Positions 1-8,930 of a DNA stretch of 64,000 nucleotides are shown here, in pieces. The stretch's first letter is position 1. Each line of letters starts with the position of its first letter. The DNA comes from an uncultured delta proteobacterium (lineage in GTDB: Bacteria; Desulfobacterota; Binatia; DP-6), in the NCBI GenBank assembly GCA_963815115.1, contig CAWFFN010000007.1, forward strand, positions 960,001-1,024,000, written 5' to 3'. Below the pieces are notes generated by a model, which did no database searches, was not told the DNA's origin, and was given only the letters and a program-made list of their open reading frames with translations. A program made the translations under genes and the position numbers.

Positions 1-481
1 CACCGCCGCCGATGTCGGCGATCTGCACCCCCGGGATGGCGGGGAGGCCGGTTTCGGTGCCGGTGACGTCGATCACGCCCGCGAAGCCCAGGTAGTTCAC
101 GTCGTGGCCGACGCGGTCGCGATACGGGCCGTCCTGGCCGTAGCCGGAGATGGAGCAGTAGACCAGACGCGGGTTCAGCTTGCGCAGCGTCTCGTAGTCC
201 GCCCCGAGCTTCGTCGCGCCTCCGGGGCGGCCTCCCTCGAGCACGACGTCCGCATCGCGCACGAGCTTGTGGAAGATGGCCTGCCCGTCCGGGTCCTTCA
301 GATTGAGCGTCAGGCTGCGCTTGTTCCGCCCCAGCAGCGGGATGCCCATGCCCATCGGGTCGGTCGGCGAGTAGACCGCCAGGACGTCCATGCCGAGGTC
401 GGCGAGCAGCATGGAGCAGAACGGCCCCGGCAGCTGCCGGGAGAGATCGAGCATGCGAAACCGGGACAGAGCGACGGACAT
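1..481 (-). CDS. CaiB/BaiF family CoA-transferase (5' part; runs off the window start)
   Basis: Not in the ORF track. Manual translation from ATG 481 gives MSVALSRFRMLDLSRQLPGPFCSMLLADLG...RNKRSLTLNLK...LNPRLVYCSISGYGQDGPY...GHDVNY, the family III CoA-transferase motifs. Confidence 0.93.
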   Translation of the reverse strand, partial: MSVALSRFRMLDLSRQLPGPFCSMLLADLGMDVLAVYSPTDPMGMGIPLLGRNKRSLTLNLKDPDGQAIFHKLVRDADVVLEGGRPGGATKLGADYETLRKLNPRLVYCSISGYGQDGPYRDRVGHDVNYLGFAGVIDVTGTETGLPAIPGVQIADIGGG

Positions 482-590
482 GAACCCAATCCGAGTAGCA
501 AAGGTCTGACCCTCAGGTCCAGCGGGTGGCTCCCCGACCCTCCGCGGCCGAGGCATAATGCCGCCCGACCGATGCGTTCGGAGGTGGGTC

Positions 591-1004
591 ATGAACGAGA
601 CGATCCGTCTGGCGGACTACTTCTACCTTCATGCTCCGCAGCGCCCCGGCGAGGCCGCTCGCGTGCTCGGGGCGCTCAGGGATGCGGGCGTGAATCTCAT
701 CGCCCTGTCGGGCTTCCCGGAGGGCCGCCGCGCGCAGGTGGACCTGGTCCCCGAGGATGCGGCCGCCCTGCGATCGGTGGCCAAGAAGGCGCGCTGGAAG
801 CTCACCGGTCCCAAGAAGGCCTTCCTGGTCATGGGAGCCGACCGCATCGGAGCAATGGCGGATGTTGCCGAGAAGCTGGCCGCAGCGAAGATCAACATCG
901 TGTCCGCGCAGGCAATCACCGCGGGCTCCGGCCTCTACGGCGCCATCCTGTGGGTGGCGCCGCGCGACGTGAAGCGGGCCGCCAAAGCGCTCGGCATCAA
1001 CTGA
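591..1004 (+). CDS. Tandem ACT-domain protein
   Basis: GGAGG RBS before ATG 591. Two ACT-like repeats: PQRPGEAARVLGALRDAGVNL and DRIGAMADVAEKLAAAKINI. Confidence 0.8.
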   Translation: MNETIRLADYFYLHAPQRPGEAARVLGALRDAGVNLIALSGFPEGRRAQVDLVPEDAAALRSVAKKARWKLTGPKKAFLVMGADRIGAMADVAEKLAAAKINIVSAQAITAGSGLYGAILWVAPRDVKRAAKALGIN

Positions 1005-1005
1005 A

Positions 1006-1037
1006 AGCGGCGCACCCCCCGCGAGGGGTGCGCCGCT
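1006..1037. terminator. GC-rich hairpin between convergent genes (probable bidirectional terminator)
   Basis: 13-bp inverted repeat agcggcgcacccc / ggggtgcgccgct with a 6-nt loop, just after the stop at 1004. Confidence 0.7.
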
Positions 1038-1068
1038 CGATACGTTCGATGGGATCAGCCGGCGGCGA

Positions 1069-2334
1069 TCAACGCCCGGCGGCGACCAGTGCCGCGACGG
1101 TGAACCAGTCGTCGGTCACGCCCGCCTTCTCGCCCTGGTGGTAGTACCAGCCCTGCTCGCCGGGGAAGCGCGGGCTCGGCAGCGACGCCTTGGTCGCGTG
1201 CTCGAGCTGCATGTCGACCATGACGATGGCCGGCGCGAAGGGCATCTCGTCATCGTACGTGATCGCGTTGCTGCCCGGCACCGACTTCCGGAAGCTCACG
1301 TCGTTGATCCAGATCTTCCACAGCTCGCCCGAGCGATCGTAGATGTCGGTGAACGGAATGCCCCACGCCTCCTTGTCGATGAACAGCACGCGCTTCGAGT
1401 AGGCGTATTGCGGCAGCTTCGAGGTGCCCTCGACGACGTACACCTTGCGCTTCTCCCACACGTCGTCGTATGCCCAGTCGACCTTGCTGTCCCACTTCAC
1501 CGGGAAGTGCTCGGCGTGCAGGGTTCCGAGGATCTCCTTCTCGCCCAGGTACTTCCAGTCCATCCACCCAACCTGCCCGGCGTAGCCGTAGTAGCTGTCG
1601 ACGTCGGTGTCCTGACCGAAGAGGGCGTCGGAGCGCTGCGCGGTGGAGAGCCGCCGCACGCGGCGCAGCGACGGCAGGTAGAGCCAGGAGTCGTCCTGCT
1701 TGCCGGCCTCGACGTAGCGGTTGCCCAGGGCGCCGACCCCCTTCAGGTCGAACGGCTCGAGGATGGGATAGAGGCCCTGCTGCACGCGGTAGCCGTTGGG
1801 ATTGGGCTTCTCGGGCTTCGGATCGACGTAGAGCCGCGCCGTCCAGAAGAGGCGGCGGAAGTGGTCGAGGAGGAAGTGGCGCTCGACGGTCATCGGGCCG
1901 TCCTGGGGGATGGAGCCCGTGTCGGCGTCGAAGTTGCGCAGGTCGGTATCATCGAGGCCGTTCACGAACCCGTACTCGTAGTTCCACATGATCTTGAAGG
2001 CGAGCTGCGGGTCCTTCGTGTCGAGGTTGGGGAACGGCTGCCCGGCGACGTAGTTCTGCAGGCTGAGGCCGTCGGCCGCCAGCTTCACCTGGGGCGCGTA
2101 CTTCTCGGTGGCTTCCTTGTACGCCTTCGGCCACTCGACGCGCTTCGTCTCCGTGACCGTGATGGGGAAGCCCCGCTTCACGCACCACTCCATGCCCGGC
2201 GACAGCAGGTCCTTAGCCTTCGCGACGTTCCCGGCGTTGATCTTGTCGCCCGGTGCCACGTCTGCAAGGACGCTGCGTCCCCCCATGCCCGCGGTCACGA
2301 GCGCCACGAATGCCAGCCCAACTACTCTCTGCAT
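1069..2334 (-). CDS. DUF1329 family periplasmic protein (LolA-like lipid-carrier fold)
   Basis: Signal peptide. Motifs YKEATEKY, NYVAGQPFP, WLYLPSLRRVRR, YSKRVLFIDKE, YDRSGELWK. Confidence 0.88.
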   Translation of the reverse strand: MQRVVGLAFVALVTAGMGGRSVLADVAPGDKINAGNVAKAKDLLSPGMEWCVKRGFPITVTETKRVEWPKAYKEATEKYAPQVKLAADGLSLQNYVAGQPFPNLDTKDPQLAFKIMWNYEYGFVNGLDDTDLRNFDADTGSIPQDGPMTVERHFLLDHFRRLFWTARLYVDPKPEKPNPNGYRVQQGLYPILEPFDLKGVGALGNRYVEAGKQDDSWLYLPSLRRVRRLSTAQRSDALFGQDTDVDSYYGYAGQVGWMDWKYLGEKEILGTLHAEHFPVKWDSKVDWAYDDVWEKRKVYVVEGTSKLPQYAYSKRVLFIDKEAWGIPFTDIYDRSGELWKIWINDVSFRKSVPGSNAITYDDEMPFAPAIVMVDMQLEHATKASLPSPRFPGEQGWYYHQGEKAGVTDDWFTVAALVAAGR

Positions 2335-2412
2335 TGCTCAGTCCCCCCGGTTGTGAGACACGCAAAATCGCCGCTCATGATCGTTCCAGCGCGACCGCGG
2401 ACGAGTTCGGTC

Positions 2413-3018
2413 CTACACCGCGCCGCCGTTAAAAAGCAACGGGGTACGCGTCCCGATTCGACCGTCGGCGGTGTCGGCCGGCACCGCCCCGCGCGGCAGC
2501 GCATCGTAGATCATGTCCTCGTAGTCGCGGACCTGGCGGCCGATCAGCACGACCCCGCCATCTGGCCCCCGGCGCGCGTAGAGCGCCGTGCCGGTGGGGT
2601 TGGTGCCGCCGAGCGTCACGACCACGGCCTCGCCCTCCGCGCGCCCCAGCTCGACACGATCGGCCTGATCGTCCAGTCCGAAGGACGCGAGCTCGGCGGT
2701 GCTCGTCGCGATGTGATCGATCTCCTCGGTGGTGAGCAGCGCCTGCAGGAACCCGGTCACGAGGTCGTTGGGCAGCCGCATGCCCGTGGGCTCGACCACG
2801 ACCCAATCGCGGCCCTCGCGCCGCAGGCTGACCGCCCGGCCTCCGCGCACCAGCCGGATCGCCGCCACGTCGGCGGCCGACACCTGGAGGAAGCGCGCGC
2901 GCACGGGGCGTCCTCCCTCCTGCTGGGGTGCCGGCGGGCGCTCCCGGACGTAGAGGACCGCGAGGACCGCGAGCACGACGTAGAGGAACCCGACCTGCCG
3001 CCAGCCCATGCCGGTCAC
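2413..3018 (-). CDS. DUF4340 domain membrane-anchored periplasmic protein
   Basis: N-terminal TM helix. LASFGLD and LGGTNPTGTALYAR motifs. GTG start overlaps the upstream stop. Confidence 0.72.
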   Translation of the reverse strand: MTGMGWRQVGFLYVVLAVLAVLYVRERPPAPQQEGGRPVRARFLQVSAADVAAIRLVRGGRAVSLRREGRDWVVVEPTGMRLPNDLVTGFLQALLTTEEIDHIATSTAELASFGLDDQADRVELGRAEGEAVVVTLGGTNPTGTALYARRGPDGGVVLIGRQVRDYEDMIYDALPRGAVPADTADGRIGTRTPLLFNGGAV

Positions 3019-4400
3019 CGGCTCCAGCGACGCCGCGCCACCAGGGCCATCCCCACGAGCGCGAACAGCAGGGGCTGGACGACCGCGGCGGTCCAGAAGA
3101 CCTGGTCACCCTGCTCCGACGTCATGAAGAACTGGTTCCGCCCCGGTTCCTGGAGAGACCCGCGGTGCCCGATCACGTCGGGGTCGCGCGCCAGCCAGGC
3201 CACGGTGTTGACGAACAGGTCCTTGTTTCCGAGATACTCGATGAAGAAGTTGTTGGCGAACTCGGCGTTGCCGTAGACGACGAGCCGCCCCGTCCGCGCC
3301 TCGCCTCCGGCCGGTGTCGGGACCGTGAACTCCACCTCGGCCCCGACGGTCAGCGGCCCGCGCCGGTCGCGGCCGGTCACGAACACCGCGGCACCGGTCC
3401 GGACGACGCTCAGGTCGGTCGTGGCCCAGCTCTCCGCGCTGGTCCGCAGGAGCGGCGTGAACCACGTGCCGGGAATCTCCTCGGCGATCCGATCCACCGA
3501 GCGGGTGAGGGAGAAGAGCGGCGGCGCCTCCAGCGGGCCGACGATCGGGTGGCTACCGCGATCGTAGCCCACCTGCATCGTGAGATACTCGCCGCCGTAC
3601 ATGCGCGCCGCGGGGTCGACCACGACGTCGTCGGGCAACGCGACGCGGTACTGGCCGAGAAAGTTCGCCAGCGCCGGCGCGTGCTGCGGGTCGAGGAGCA
3701 CGACCGTGTTGCCCGGGCGCTGCAGGTAGCGATCGAGCGCCGCCAGCTCCTCCGGCATGTAGTCCTTCTGCGGGCCCGCGATGACCAGGACCGCGGTGCC
3801 GACCGGGACCTCGTCGCCGAGAAGCGAGACCGGAACCACCTCGTAGTACTCTTGCTCGAGAAAGATGCGCGCCGTGGCGTAGCCGCGCGCCCGGTCGTTG
3901 CTCGCCGGGTCGCCCTCCCCGTGCCCCGCGACCCAGGCGACCGTCTTGCGCTGCTGCCGCGTCACCTGGAGCACGGCCGCCACCAGGGTCTCCTCGCGAG
4001 GGTTCGAGAACACGCGCCGGCGGCCCTCGCTCTCCACCACGAGGGCGCCATAGGAGTCGACCCCGTACTCCCGGGCCAGCGCCGGGCTGCGGTTCACGTC
4101 CACCACGTCGACGTGCATCCGCCGCCCGACCACCCGCACCTGGCGCAGGAGGTCGTCGATGAGCGGGTTGCGCGGATCCTGCGAGCGCAGGAACGCCAGC
4201 ACGCGGACGTCGCGATCGAGCCCGCCGAGTACCTGGCGCGCGTGGTCGGAGAGCGTGTAGCGCCGCTCGGGCGTGAGATCGATGCGCCAGGAGCGGGCGT
4301 CGAGCAGCGCCTGGCCGAGGAACAAGATGCCGATCAGCGCCGGGATCGCGAGCGCGATGCGCAGCACCTGCCCGCGCCAGGTCAGCGCCGGCCGCGCCAT
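3015..4400 (-). CDS. GldG-like ABC transporter auxiliary periplasmic component
   Basis: True start ATG 4400 (MARPALTW); the 1007-aa track ORF is over-extended. Motifs IDLTPERRYTLS, GHGE, IAGPQKD, GRLVVYGNAEF, NKDLFVN; N- and C-terminal TM helices. Confidence 0.88.
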   Translation of the reverse strand: MARPALTWRGQVLRIALAIPALIGILFLGQALLDARSWRIDLTPERRYTLSDHARQVLGGLDRDVRVLAFLRSQDPRNPLIDDLLRQVRVVGRRMHVDVVDVNRSPALAREYGVDSYGALVVESEGRRRVFSNPREETLVAAVLQVTRQQRKTVAWVAGHGEGDPASNDRARGYATARIFLEQEYYEVVPVSLLGDEVPVGTAVLVIAGPQKDYMPEELAALDRYLQRPGNTVVLLDPQHAPALANFLGQYRVALPDDVVVDPAARMYGGEYLTMQVGYDRGSHPIVGPLEAPPLFSLTRSVDRIAEEIPGTWFTPLLRTSAESWATTDLSVVRTGAAVFVTGRDRRGPLTVGAEVEFTVPTPAGGEARTGRLVVYGNAEFANNFFIEYLGNKDLFVNTVAWLARDPDVIGHRGSLQEPGRNQFFMTSEQGDQVFWTAAVVQPLLFALVGMALVARRRWSR

Positions 4401-5128
4401 TGCCTGGCCTCCAGCACCCGGAGCGTGCCCCACACGAAGCAGCCGGTGAGGAAGAGGAAGAAGAAGACGTCGCGCAGGTCGATGATGCCGACCGAGAAGG
4501 GCTGGAAGTGGTTGAAGAGCGACACCGCCCGGACCAGCGGCAGCGTGTTGGTGGCGTTCGCCGCCTCGTTCCACGACAGCAGCCACAGGAGCAGGAGCGG
4601 CATGGCGGTCAGGAAGCCGGCCAGCACCTGGCTTTCGGTGAGGGACGACACGAAGAGGCCGTACGACGCGGCCATCGCGCCGAGCAGCGCGAGCCCCACG
4701 TAGCCCGCGATCAACGGGGCCAGCGGGAACTCCTGCACCCGCCACACGAGCAGCGGGTACGCCAGCGTGCAGCCCAGCAGCAGGCCGATGACCACGAGGC
4801 AGGCGCCGAGCTTCGCCGCCACCACGACGCCGTCGGACACGGGATACGTCAGCAGCAGCTCGAGCGTCCCGAGCCGCCGCTCCTCCGCGAGGAGGCGCAT
4901 GGTGAGCAGCGGGATCGCCAGCATCAGGACCAGGCGGACGTCGACGAAGACGAGCTGCCAGAAGTTCTCCATGATGCTGAAGCCGAACCCGAACTGGACG
5001 AAGTAGATCAGGTCGGAGTGGAAGTAGTAGCCGGTGTAGGCGAGGAAGGCCGCGGCGACGAGATAGACCAGCGGCGACGCGAAGTAGGTCCGCAGCTCCT
5101 TGCGCAGCAGTGCCGTGAACGCGCGCAT
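4382..5128 (-). CDS. GldF-like ABC-2 permease
   Basis: KELRTYFASP, PLLTMRLLAEERRLGTLELLLTYP; about 6 TM helices. Confidence 0.9.
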   Translation of the reverse strand: MRAFTALLRKELRTYFASPLVYLVAAAFLAYTGYYFHSDLIYFVQFGFGFSIMENFWQLVFVDVRLVLMLAIPLLTMRLLAEERRLGTLELLLTYPVSDGVVVAAKLGACLVVIGLLLGCTLAYPLLVWRVQEFPLAPLIAGYVGLALLGAMAASYGLFVSSLTESQVLAGFLTAMPLLLLWLLSWNEAANATNTLPLVRAVSLFNHFQPFSVGIIDLRDVFFFLFLTGCFVWGTLRVLEARQWRGRR

Positions 5129-5137
5129 CCGGCGCTC

Positions 5138-6064
5138 TCACCGGACCGCGCGCACGAACAGGTCCTCGAGGGTCGGCGTCTCCGTGCGCACCTCGAAGAG
5201 CGTCCAGCCACGCCCGACCACGAGGGCCGCGACGGCGCGCTGGACCGGCTCCGCGTGCTCCGCCCGGATGACGAAGCGGGGCCCCGTCTCGCCCGCCACG
5301 GCCTCGGTGTCGACGCCCAGCACGCCGGGCAGCGACCCCAGCGCGGCCGCGACCTCGGAGGGAGGGCCGTCGACCCGCACGACGACGTGCTCCGCTCCTT
5401 CGAGGCGCGCGGCGAGGCCCGCCGGCGTGTCCTCGGCCACGACCCGGCCGCCGGACATGATGACGATGCGCGAGCACAGCGCGCCGGCTTCGGCGAGGAC
5501 GTGGGTCGAGAGCAGCACCGTGCAGCCGTCGAGACCACGCAGCAGGTCGCGCATCTCCATCGTCTGGACCGGATCGAGCCCGACGGTGGGCTCGTCGAGT
5601 ACCAGGACGGGCGGGTCGCCGAGCAGCGCCTGGGCCAGGCCGACGCGCTGCCGGTAGCCCTTCGACAGGGCGCCATTCGGGCGATCGGCCACCGCCTCCA
5701 GCCCGCAGCGCGCGACCGCCTGATCGACTGCGCGCCGCGCCGCGACCGCGCCGAGCCGCTTCATGCCGGCCACGAAGCGCAGGTAGCGCCGCACCCGGAG
5801 CTCCGGGTAGAGCATCACCTGCTCGGGCAGGTAGCCGACTTCCCGGCGCGCCTCGACCGGACGCTGCGCGACGTCGATCCCGCCCACCCGCACCGCGCCC
5901 GCGGTGGGCGAGAAGTAGCCGATCAGGCAGCGCATGAGCGTGCTCTTGCCCGAGCCGTTCGGCCCGAGCAGCGCGGTCACCGCGCCCCGCCCCACCGTGA
6001 ACGACACGTCGTCCAGGGCCCGCACGGGCCCGTAGCACTTGGTGAGATGCTCGACCTGGATCAG
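5138..6064 (-). CDS. GldA-like ABC ATP-binding protein (probable CTG start)
   Basis: Walker A GPNGSGKST, signature LSKGYRQR, Walker B VLDEP. The conserved N-terminus (M)IQVEHLTKCYG extends upstream of the track GTG at 6025 to CTG 6064. Confidence 0.9.
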   Translation of the reverse strand: MIQVEHLTKCYGPVRALDDVSFTVGRGAVTALLGPNGSGKSTLMRCLIGYFSPTAGAVRVGGIDVAQRPVEARREVGYLPEQVMLYPELRVRRYLRFVAGMKRLGAVAARRAVDQAVARCGLEAVADRPNGALSKGYRQRVGLAQALLGDPPVLVLDEPTVGLDPVQTMEMRDLLRGLDGCTVLLSTHVLAEAGALCSRIVIMSGGRVVAEDTPAGLAARLEGAEHVVVRVDGPPSEVAAALGSLPGVLGVDTEAVAGETGPRFVIRAEHAEPVQRAVAALVVGRGWTLFEVRTETPTLEDLFVRAVR

Positions 6065-6071
6065 CGCGGAC

Positions 6072-6218
6072 TCAGTGTCCCGGGGCGCCCTTCTCGCCTT
6101 CCCGGCGCTTGCGCCTCCGGGCGTGGATGATCTCGTCCGCGATGATGACGAGGCCGCTGAAGGCGAGAACGATGACGATCGACTGGTAGAAACCGATGCT
6201 CTCCAAGATGTGCATCAT
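6072..6218 (-). CDS. Small 48-aa single-pass membrane protein (below ORF track cutoff)
   Basis: MMHILESIGFYQSIVIVLAFSGLVIIADEIIHARRRKRREGEKGAPGH. GGGAGA RBS upstream, GC3-biased codons, hydrophobic helix followed by a basic stretch; fills the gap between MMPL and the ATPase. Confidence 0.7.
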   Translation of the reverse strand: MMHILESIGFYQSIVIVLAFSGLVIIADEIIHARRRKRREGEKGAPGH

Positions 6219-6233
6219 GGCAGCGCCGTCTCC

Positions 6234-8915
6234 CTAGCTGACCGCGACCGCGGCCCGCTCGATGCCCGTCGTCGCCCGGCGCGTTCCTCGCGAGGCCTCC
6301 TTCACGATGAACTTGGGCCGGATGTACGAGATCAGCGCCGGTAGGAGCGTCACCGCGGACACGAAGCTGACGAGCATCCAGACGGCCAGGAGCCCGCCCA
6401 TGACGGCGTTGAAGCGGATGTTCGACAGCGTCCAGAGCGCGGTCCCGGCCACCATGCAGACGGCCGTGAAGCTCACCGCCTTGCCGGAGGTGCGGAGCGC
6501 AATGTGGATCGACTCGTCGAGGTCGCCGTTGATGCGGATCTCCTCGATCACCCGGCTCAGGATGTAGAGCCCGTAGTCGATGCCGAAGCCGACGCCGACG
6601 GTCACCAGCGGCAGCGTGTTGATGTTGATGCCGATCCCCACCGTCGCCATGATCCCGTTGATCACGATGTTGGAGATGAACAGCGGCAACAGCAGCAGGA
6701 GGCCAGCCATCGCCGAGCGGTAGGTGAACAGCACGATCACGAACATGGTGCCGAATCCGAGCAGGTTCATCATGAGGTCGTTGCGCACCAGGACCTCGTT
6801 GGCCGCGGCGAGCACCCCGATCAGGCCGCCGGCGAGCTTGAAGGTGGCCTTGTCCATCGGGTTCGCCGCGATGAACTCCTTGCAGCGCTCGATGATGCGG
6901 GCGACGCTGTCACCCTTGTGGTTGCGCGCGAAGAACGTCACGTGCGCCGTGGTGTAGTCGGGCGTCACGTACTTCGCCGTCTCGGTGGGCGGCGAGTTGG
7001 CGAAGAAGACGAAGAACGTCTGCCCGACGTCGCGCACCGTGTTGGGGATGACGCCCCACTTCGGCTCCAGCTCGTGGAAGACCATGTTCACCGTGCGCAG
7101 GATGTCGGTCAGCGAGAAGCTGTAGCCGATGTCCTGGTCGCGCTCGAGGTAGCGCTGGAAGTTCTCCATGGTGCGCAGCACCTGGGGGTCTTTCATGGCG
7201 TCGCGGTCGTGCCCCTCGGCCACGACGATGAGCGGCTCGACACCGCCGAACTTGTCCTGGATGTGGGCGTGCGACACGTTGTAGGGCGAATCCTCGAACA
7301 CGAGGGGCGAGGCGACGGTCGGGTCGCCCACGATCAGCCCGCGCATCTGGAAGGCGCCGATCGAAGTCAGGAGGGCCCAGAGCACCATGGTCGCGATCTT
7401 GCCCCTGCTGGAGAGGACGTGCTCGGTGCACCAGTCGACGAGGTTGCGGTACCATCCTCGCTCGCGCTCCATGACGACGTCCTTGTCGGGGGCGCGCAGG
7501 TAGTAGTAGACGATCGGGTTGAGCAGCATCTCGGAGATCGTGATGGCGAGGATCCACCACGATGCCACGATCGCGAGCTTGCGCAGCATCACGATCGGCA
7601 CCAGCATGATGACCAGCACACCGAAGGCGTCGGTGAGGATGCCGGAGAACGTCGGCACGAACAGCTCGGCGAACGCCCCCACGATGGCCTTGCGCTGGTC
7701 CCAGTTGTTGCGCTCGTACTCCTCGTAGTAGCGGTCGTGCATCTGGATGGCGTGGCTGACGGCCCGTGCCGTGATGAGGAACGGCATCACCAGGATGAGC
7801 GGGTCGAGCGCGAAGCCGATCAGGTGGATGAACCCGATCCCCCAGATCGCCGCGATGACGCCCGTCAGCGAAGGGCGCAGCGCACCGCGCCAGTCGTGGA
7901 AGTACATCCAGCGCAGCAGCCACTCGAAGCACCACGTCACGGTGAAGATCCAGAACACGTCACCCGTGTAGCTGTAGATCCATCCGTAGAGCCGCGGCTC
8001 GCCGGCGACGTAGATGGCGATGTCGGGCTCCGGGACGGTGATCTTCACGGTCTCCTGGGCGTCGCCGCGCTGCACCACCAGCGTGGCCTGGCTGCCGCGC
8101 GCCTTGTCGCTGATGATCTTGGCCACCGCCGTCCGGTCGGGCGTCTCGACGCCGTCCACCGACACGATGACGTCGCCGACCTTGAGCCCGGCATCACCCG
8201 CCGGCGTGCCCCGGTAGACCGCCTCGATCGCGGCGGGCGTCGGCTGATCGGGCTTGAGCGGGTCCTTGCCCTTGATCAGCGCGCCGAACCAGCCCTTCTC
8301 GAAGGGCGCGATCACGCGCTCGTTGAACTCGGTGAACGTCCGCCGGTGATCCAGGCGCCCCTCGATGAAGTTGGCGCGCACCAGGGCGGCCCGGTCGTCG
8401 AGCGAGACGAGGAGGCCGTAGACGCTCTCCGTGTTGTGCACGATGCGCTTGATGGAGGCGGCGTCCTCGGGCGTCTTGGGCAGGCCGATCATCACCGGCT
8501 CGGCGCGGAGAAAGCCGCCGGACTGCGCGCGCAGGTAGCGCGTGGTACGGTGCCCGATCGAGTCGATCTGGTTGTGGTTGACGCCGTAGACCTGATCGAC
8601 CGCCTCGGTGATCCGATAGATGCGGGCGAGCGTGGGCACGGTGAAGATGTCGCCGTCCTTCACCTCGACCATGAGCTGGACGTTGTTCGCGCCGCCGAAC
8701 GTCCCCGCGTACTTGTTGTGGATCTGGACGAAGGGATGGGTCTGGGGCAGGAGGTCGCCGAAGCTGGTCTCCAGCTTCAGCTGGAACGCCCAGTAGGCGA
8801 AGACCGCCGTCACCGCCAGGACGGCGATCATGATGGGGTTGCGGTAGTCGATCAGCCGCTCGCCGAGCCAGTAGAGGGCTCGTTTGTCCTGTTCGTTCGT
8901 CTCACCAGCGCTCAT
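6234..8915 (-). CDS. MMPL/RND family transporter with inserted PDZ domain
   Basis: Two-repeat RND topology; ITARAVSHAIQ, ILTDAFG, VGVGFGIDYGLY. PDZ-like segment GTPAGDAGLKVGDVIVSVDG in the first periplasmic loop. Confidence 0.92.
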   Translation of the reverse strand: MSAGETNEQDKRALYWLGERLIDYRNPIMIAVLAVTAVFAYWAFQLKLETSFGDLLPQTHPFVQIHNKYAGTFGGANNVQLMVEVKDGDIFTVPTLARIYRITEAVDQVYGVNHNQIDSIGHRTTRYLRAQSGGFLRAEPVMIGLPKTPEDAASIKRIVHNTESVYGLLVSLDDRAALVRANFIEGRLDHRRTFTEFNERVIAPFEKGWFGALIKGKDPLKPDQPTPAAIEAVYRGTPAGDAGLKVGDVIVSVDGVETPDRTAVAKIISDKARGSQATLVVQRGDAQETVKITVPEPDIAIYVAGEPRLYGWIYSYTGDVFWIFTVTWCFEWLLRWMYFHDWRGALRPSLTGVIAAIWGIGFIHLIGFALDPLILVMPFLITARAVSHAIQMHDRYYEEYERNNWDQRKAIVGAFAELFVPTFSGILTDAFGVLVIMLVPIVMLRKLAIVASWWILAITISEMLLNPIVYYYLRAPDKDVVMERERGWYRNLVDWCTEHVLSSRGKIATMVLWALLTSIGAFQMRGLIVGDPTVASPLVFEDSPYNVSHAHIQDKFGGVEPLIVVAEGHDRDAMKDPQVLRTMENFQRYLERDQDIGYSFSLTDILRTVNMVFHELEPKWGVIPNTVRDVGQTFFVFFANSPPTETAKYVTPDYTTAHVTFFARNHKGDSVARIIERCKEFIAANPMDKATFKLAGGLIGVLAAANEVLVRNDLMMNLLGFGTMFVIVLFTYRSAMAGLLLLLPLFISNIVINGIMATVGIGININTLPLVTVGVGFGIDYGLYILSRVIEEIRINGDLDESIHIALRTSGKAVSFTAVCMVAGTALWTLSNIRFNAVMGGLLAVWMLVSFVSAVTLLPALISYIRPKFIVKEASRGTRRATTGIERAAVAVS

Positions 8916-8930
8916 GGAATGCTCCTGCGC

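Noticed and set aside
3015-6064. Gliding motility or T9SS inferred from GldA/F/G-like genes
   Set aside because: These ABC modules are widespread, and no GldK/L/M/N or Spr genes are present in the window.
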